DNA of 64,000 nt from Eledone cirrhosa. Its lineage: Eukaryota. Positions 61,621 through 64,000 of the stretch are shown here, one piece after another; position 1 is the first letter of the stretch, and each line of letters opens with the position of its first letter. The notes under the pieces were generated by a model that did not search any database, was not told where the DNA came from, and saw nothing but the letters and a program-made list of their open reading frames with translations. The DNA is taken from the NCBI GenBank assembly GCA_964016885.1, contig OZ024741.1, positions 9,114,001 to 9,178,000 on the forward strand, given 5' to 3'. The position numbers and the translations under genes are program-made.

Positions 61621-61830
61621 GTCTCAATCCTGCGGTGTCTGTTATGGCGATACTAATCTAGTCGGTATTTGATAGCAATTAAATAGACTTCTCTCATCAC
61701 GTCACTATTTAAGCTATTAAATATGATGTACTGTGTTACACTACATGTGCCTGAGAGATACCCTTCACAGACGTCTGCAGCTTGTCATTATAGCATACAG
61801 GCAACCTACACCGAAACACACACACACACA

Positions 61831-61905
<75 letters not shown>

Positions 61906-61921
61906 ACGCACATATATATAT

Positions 61922-62017
<96 letters not shown>

Positions 62018-62527
62018 TAATATAATATATATATATACATACATATAAATACATATATATATAGTATATATACATACACACAAACACACACATGTGTGTG
62101 TTTGTGTGTGTGTGTGTGTAAAATATAAACAGCAACATCAACACAAATATTATATCTACAAATCTACTACATTTAATTTTTATAATTTCTAATGTCTTAT
62201 CTTTATCTTAGATTTGAACATATGTTAAAAATATGTATAGAATATAGGTGTATATAGGCATATATATATATATAGATACGTTGTTATACACACACACACG
62301 CACACACACACACACACATATATATATATACACACATATATACATATGTATATATACGTATATATACATATATACATATGTATATATACGTATATATATA
62401 CGTATATATATATATACACGTATATATATATATACGTGTAGGTATACACACATATCTATCTACACATGTTATATATATATCTATATATATATATACGTAT
62501 ATGTATACACACTTATATATAGACACA

Positions 62528-62562
<35 letters not shown>

Positions 62563-62606
62563 GCGTATGTATTTACACACACATGTGTATCTCTCTATCT
62601 CTCTAT

Positions 62607-62751
<145 letters not shown>

Positions 62752-62860
62752 TATAATACATGTATATATAATATATAATATAAATGCAAGAAGCAAAGAA
62801 AATGTCAATGATACGAAATAATTCCTGATGGAAGTTGAGGTGTACTCCGGGTTGATGTAA

Positions 62861-62924
<64 letters not shown>

Positions 62925-62974
62925 ATATATATATGAAACGGTTTGAGCTCTGCCGTCGGGTTCATACTTTTTCC

Positions 62975-63006
<32 letters not shown>

Positions 63007-63069
63007 GTAATAATAATACATTTCAGGACTCACATCCAAAGAGGGCTCGATAAGGATAAATATATATAT

Positions 63070-63318
63070 ATAATAACTAGAAATTGATTAACATATAAAT
63101 AAACATGAATAATCACAGGAGATAATGTTTACAAGTGTGTAAGCACACATAGCTAGGTAGGTAACTAAGTAAAGTTAACCAGAACTTCAAAGTTTTTTTG
63201 AAGTTCTGGTTAACTTTACTTAGTTACCTACCTAGCTATGTGTGCTTACACACTTGTAAAAATTATCTCCTGTGATTATTCATGTTTATTTATATGTTAA
63301 TCAATTTCTAGTTATTAT
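63070..63318. repeat. Near-perfect palindrome (~120-bp arms) next to (TA)n
   Basis: 63070-63191 matches the reverse complement of 63197-63318 with about one mismatch. Confidence 0.92.
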
Positions 63319-63421
63319 AAAATGCTCGGACCTACTCGTTAGAATCTTGGAGCTTATTTTGCGGGTGATATGGTGCATGTCTTTCTGGCATGACACCCAT
63401 AAATTTGATTATCATAATTTT

Positions 63422-63480
<59 letters not shown>

Positions 63481-63840
63481 GGTATATATATATATATGTA
63501 GATATATATATGTAGATAGATATATATATATGTAGATATGTATATATATATGTAGATATATATATATATATGTAGATATATATATATATATGTAGATATA
63601 TATATGTAGATAGATATATATATGTAGATATATATATGTAGATAGATATATATATGTAGATATGTATATATATATGTAGATATGTATATATATATGTAGA
63701 TATATATATATATATGTAGATATATATATATATGTAGATATATATATATATATGGACACACGAAATTTTCATGTCTCGAAAACCGGGAAGACCACTAATC
63801 AGGATAGTACTCTAAGCATGAGATGTAATGTGTGTATATT

Positions 63841-63898
<58 letters not shown>

Positions 63899-63918
63899 CA
63901 CACGCACACATATATATA

Positions 63919-63960
<42 letters not shown>

Positions 63961-64000
63961 CCACATATATATATGATATATATATATATATGTATATATA

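Noticed and set aside
59873-61672. 599-aa Leu/Val ORF, and Q/H-, P/T- or N/T-rich minus-strand frames as a possible Emx exon 1
   Set aside because: These are products of a trinucleotide repeat. There is no eh1 (FxIxxI) or YPW motif expected of an Emx N-terminus.

Overview
This is AT-rich, microsatellite-saturated animal genomic DNA; the SINE and repeat landscape looks like octopus or another coleoid cephalopod (inference). The only host gene I can support is an Emx/empty-spiracles homeobox gene on the minus strand, with coding exons at 56100-55928 and 52722-52504; its first exon is not identifiable and is probably beyond 64000. The first 20 kb is a nest of decayed Penelope-like retroelements (PLEs) of at least four distinct types, with direct and inverted pseudo-LTRs. 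The rest holds a hAT transposon with an 8-bp TSD, a hAT MITE, Helitron-like, RTE, Tx1 and CR1-like fragments, many tRNA-derived SINEs and several minisatellites. The most striking hidden structure is about 20 type I hammerhead-ribozyme motifs of many unrelated sequence families. Many sit in short non-coding fold-back elements inserted in (TA)n, with one hammerhead on each strand, and some have non-canonical cores (CCGAAGA, CAGAAGA). These elements are followed by a shared, covarying RCTC...GAGY hairpin. Also notable are a 37-bp tandem array of CTCF-like motifs just 3' of the Emx stop codon and three minisatellites that arose inside SINEs. All folds were read by eye; none were computed or tested.
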